Origin: a bacterium | GTDB lineage: Bacteria; Patescibacteriota; UBA1384; XYA2-FULL-43-10; 1-14-0-10-43-13 | Length of the DNA stretch: 28,569 nt | Assembly (NCBI GenBank): GCA_037131475.1 | Contig: JBAXQZ010000001.1 | Span: forward strand, 1 to 28,569 | Reading direction: 5' to 3' | In this document: piece by piece, positions 26,284 to 28,569 of the stretch | Layout: each line of letters begins with the position of its first letter | Numbering within the stretch: position 1 is the stretch's first letter | The notes under the pieces: model-generated | The model's database searches: none | What the model was told of the DNA's origin: nothing | The model's input: the letters and a program-made list of their open reading frames with translations, nothing else | Position numbers and translations under genes: made by a program

Positions 26284-27642
26284 ATGCAGATAAATCAAAG
26301 CATTTTTAAGGCTTATGATATGCGGGGCATATACCCGACCGAGCTTAATGAGGAGCTATACTACCATCTCGGTCAGGCTTACGTCAAAGTAGTTAGACCC
26401 AAGGGCAAGGTGGCGGTAGGGATGGATGTGAGAATCCACTCCCCCCAATTAAAAGAGGCGCTAATCCGAGGTCTCACTGACGCTGGAATTGATGTCGTCG
26501 ACATCGGTCTAGTCTCGACGGAGATGTTGTATTTTGCAGTTGGCAAATACGAGTACGCTGGAGGAATACAGGTCACGGCTTCGCACAATCCTGCAGAGTA
26601 TAATGGGGCCAAGATGGTTCGTGAAAAGGCAATCCCGATCTCCTCTGAGACCGGCTTCTTTGAGATGCGAGATCTGATTATGGGTGATCTCGATCATATT
26701 GAAGCAAAAACAAAAGGCCAAGTCGAAAAACGTGATATTTTGGACGATTTTGCTGACTATTGTCTGAACTTTGTTGATATTAAAAATATTAAACCAACCA
26801 AATTAGTCATAAATCCAAATTTTGGCTTCGAAGGCGTGGTCTTCAAAAGAATTGTGGAAATTGGTAAATTGCCAATTGAGATAGTTGGCTTGAACGATAC
26901 GCCTGATGGGACCTTTCCCAAGGGTCGTCCCGATCCATTTGTGGCCGAAAATCGACCTGAATTCATCGAGCTGGTGAAGGCATCTCGGGCTGATCTTGGT
27001 GCTGCTTGGGATGCTGATGCTGACCGAATTTTCTTTTGCACGCCAAAAGGAATTTTTGTCGAAGCTTATTATGCCGCAGCACTTTTCACTCAATATTTTC
27101 TCAAAAAGTTTCCTGGAGCAGCAATAATTTATGATCCTAGGTACACTTGGGCCGTCCTTGATACGATCAAAGAATTTGGTGGGGTCGGCTTCCCCGAGCG
27201 CGTTGGTCACTCTTTCATCAAAACTGCCATGCGCAAGCACAACGCCGTTTTCTGTGGTGAGGCCAGTGGTCACACATATCTACGTGATTTTTACTATTGC
27301 GATTCGGGAATTTTACCAGTATTAATCTTGCTCGAAATGATGGGTATTGAAAACAAAGATCTTGACCAATTACTCGAGCCATACTTTGCCAAGTATATTA
27401 TCTCAGGCGAATATAATACTATCGTCAAAAGTGTCCCCGAAAAACTCGCTGAAATTCAAGAAAAATATAAAAATGATTTCGAGGTAACGACATTGGACGG
27501 TGTCTCCATCGACGCAAACGATTGGCGCGCCAATATTCGTGGCTCAAATACGGAGCCATTGCTTCGCCTCAATGTTGAAGCAAAAAGTCAGGAAAAAATG
27601 GTAGAAAAAAGAGATGAATTGCTCGAGCTCATCCGAGCATAA
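26284..27642 (+). CDS. manB: Phosphomannomutase/phosphoglucomutase
   Basis: FKAYDMRG, phosphoserine loop TASHNP, DADADR, GEASGH, RGSNTEPLLRLNVEA. Confidence 0.95.
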   Translation: MQINQSIFKAYDMRGIYPTELNEELYYHLGQAYVKVVRPKGKVAVGMDVRIHSPQLKEALIRGLTDAGIDVVDIGLVSTEMLYFAVGKYEYAGGIQVTASHNPAEYNGAKMVREKAIPISSETGFFEMRDLIMGDLDHIEAKTKGQVEKRDILDDFADYCLNFVDIKNIKPTKLVINPNFGFEGVVFKRIVEIGKLPIEIVGLNDTPDGTFPKGRPDPFVAENRPEFIELVKASRADLGAAWDADADRIFFCTPKGIFVEAYYAAALFTQYFLKKFPGAAIIYDPRYTWAVLDTIKEFGGVGFPERVGHSFIKTAMRKHNAVFCGEASGHTYLRDFYYCDSGILPVLILLEMMGIENKDLDQLLEPYFAKYIISGEYNTIVKSVPEKLAEIQEKYKNDFEVTTLDGVSIDANDWRANIRGSNTEPLLRLNVEAKSQEKMVEKRDELLELIRA

Positions 27643-27663
27643 TTTACTTGCCACGCAATCACC

Positions 27664-27698
27664 CAAAAATGTGCCGCTCAAGAAGTGGCACATTTTTG
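27664..27698 (+). terminator. Intrinsic terminator after manB
   Basis: 12-bp perfect stem CAAAAATGTGCC / GGCACATTTTTG. Confidence 0.8.
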
Positions 27699-27796
27699 AT
27701 TACGACGCTATTTACAATCACTCAACTTTCTGATAAAGTAAATTACAGTTTCAATAAATCAATTCAGTGTAATTATAAATTAGGAATTCAGAAGAT

Positions 27797-28129
27797 ATGC
27801 CAATTATCAAATCCTCAAAAAAAGCTTTAAAGATCGCTCTACGACGCAAAGAAGAGAACGATATTACTAGAGCTAAAGTCAAAAGTGCTGTAAAAGGGCT
27901 CAAGATTGCAATTACCTCCAAATCAGAGGATGCTGCCACTTCCCTACAAAAAGCTTACCGCGAGCTAGATCTTGCGGCCAAGAAAAATGTCATACATAAA
28001 AACAAAGCATCTAGACTCAAATCCAGATTGACCAAGGCTTTCGCCAAGATTGGCGACGCCATCGTCGCTCCAAAGAAAAAGTCATCTGCCGCCAAAAAGA
28101 CAGTAGCCAAGAAAACTACCAAGAAATAA
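27797..28129 (+). CDS. rpsT: 30S ribosomal protein S20 with Lys/Ala-rich C-terminal tail
   Basis: MPIIKSSKKAL, LD.AAKKNVIHKNKASRLKSRL; about 22 extra residues (APKKKSSAAKKTVAKKTTKK). Confidence 0.97.
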   Translation: MPIIKSSKKALKIALRRKEENDITRAKVKSAVKGLKIAITSKSEDAATSLQKAYRELDLAAKKNVIHKNKASRLKSRLTKAFAKIGDAIVAPKKKSSAAKKTVAKKTTKK

Positions 28130-28140
28130 ATTGTGCTCCA

Positions 28141-28186
28141 ATATACAAAAAACCTCCCCTAGAGATATGGGAGGTTTTTTGTATAT
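28141..28186. terminator. Bidirectional terminator after rpsT
   Basis: Perfect 18-bp inverted repeat ATATACAAAAAACCTCCC / GGGAGGTTTTTTGTATAT with a 10-nt loop. Confidence 0.9.
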
Positions 28187-28211
28187 CGTTTTTGATCAAG
28201 ATATAATGAGT

Positions 28212-28255
28212 AATTTAAAATTTAAAATTTAGAATTTAAAAAATTTAGAATATAA
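28212..28255. repeat. Heptamer tract (AATTTAR)n
   Basis: aatttaa aatttaa aatttag aatttaa aa aatttag aatataa. Confidence 0.8.
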
Positions 28256-28265
28256 CCTCACCCAG

Positions 28266-28286
28266 CCTCTCCTTCGAAAGGAGAGG
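28266..28286. repeat. Short purine/pyrimidine hairpin CCTCTCCTT-cga-AAGGAGAGG
   Basis: Perfect 9-bp inverted repeat, intergenic, with no T tract, so not terminator-like. Confidence 0.7.
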
Positions 28287-28297
28287 GGCAAGCACAT

Positions 28298-28355
28298 TTA
28301 GGATTCAAAAACTTTGAATTTGTTTGCGATTTCGGATTTGTTTTTTTGAATTTAA
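28298..28355. repeat. 58-bp AT-rich periodic element, copy 2
   Basis: 47/58 ungapped match to 1597-1654. Confidence 0.7.
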
Positions 28356-28365
28356 AGTAAAGGGT

Positions 28366-28517
28366 GTCATTCCGGGCTGTAAGCTTGAGACCCGGAATCC
28401 CATCACAAGCGCGAGCGTATCGAGAAAGCCAATTTTAAACAATATAGCCACCAGATCCTGAACCCACCCTTCGCCAAGACTACGGAAGTGGCACGGTAAA
28501 TTCAGGATGACGAACAA
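28366..28517. repeat. Palindromic element B (homolog of element A) with a loop insertion
   Basis: GTCAT...ATGAC termini; left hairpin ATTCCGGG / CCCGGAAT; core 49/60 identical to element A; 19/19 identical tail AATTCAGGATGACGAACAA; right-hairpin loop 38 nt versus 5 nt in A. Confidence 0.88.
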
Positions 28518-28519
28518 AA

Positions 28520-28569
28520 AAGGATTGTCTATCCCATAGATTATCGGATCAAGTCCGATAATGACAGAA
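28520..28569. repeat. 50-bp palindromic dispersed repeat, copy 2 (may continue past the window end)
   Basis: 49/50 identical to 1517-1566, same orientation. Confidence 0.95.

Noticed and set aside
5108-27830. Many 60-187-aa ORFs antisense or out of frame to ppsA, recA, ftsK, rnj, pnp, nrnA, manC and manB (e.g. 12736-13299, 13247-13786, 24442-24918, 26803-27273)
   Set aside because: They are shadow ORFs of well-conserved genes, with no motifs or SD support.
28305-28517. 70-aa minus-strand ORF over element B
   Set aside because: It lies entirely within repeat modules; open frames are common in palindromic repeats and it has no SD or motif.
1517-28569. 50-bp direct repeats as attL/attR of a 27-kb prophage or island
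   Set aside because: The enclosed DNA is core genes (recA, pnp, rpsO, rpsT), with no integrase, phage genes or tRNA target. A dispersed repeat explains it better.
2-28569. Alternative genetic code 25 (TGA=Gly, as in Gracilibacteria/Absconditabacteria)
   Set aside because: TGA ends full-length genes at natural positions, including ATGA and 8-bp coupled overlaps (2267, 3507), and no conserved gene is interrupted by an in-frame TGA.

Overview
A 28.6 kb chromosomal window from a small-genome bacterium using the standard genetic code (several coupled genes end in TGA). Patescibacteria/CPR is the likely source, inferred from the streamlined gene order and protein architectures, not proven. The core is a minus-strand housekeeping block: DHH/NrnA - rpsO - pnp - [insert] - udg - rnj - ftsK - rodZ-like - recA - [orphan] - recX - ppsA. 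To its left is a plus-strand accessory run: Fe-ADH (partial), pyrimidine-dimer glycosylase, P-loop kinase, Fe-S flavoprotein, CYTH, 5'(3')-deoxyribonucleotidase, CYTH and a membrane protein. To its right are pspC, a LiaF-like gene, manC, manB and rpsT. I found no rRNA, tRNA, CRISPR array, transposase or integrase. The most notable observations are four. (1) A family of short palindromic elements shares an AGAT-stem-loop-stem-ATGAC frame with two different stem sequences, including a 49/50-identical pair 27 kb apart and one copy with an extra hairpin-like insert in its loop. These elements sit in mosaic intergenic repeat islands with 7-nt periodic tracts. (2) A CYTH-HAD nucleotidase-CYTH cassette in which both CYTH proteins lack the canonical ExExK lysine. 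(3) A coupled surface cassette of a TolB-like propeller protein, a metzincin-motif protease and a small membrane protein, inserted between pnp and udg. (4) An RNase J with a ~110-aa N/Q-rich extension carrying a duplicated EPRFTAQ motif. None is established as a new system; all functional interpretations are hypotheses.
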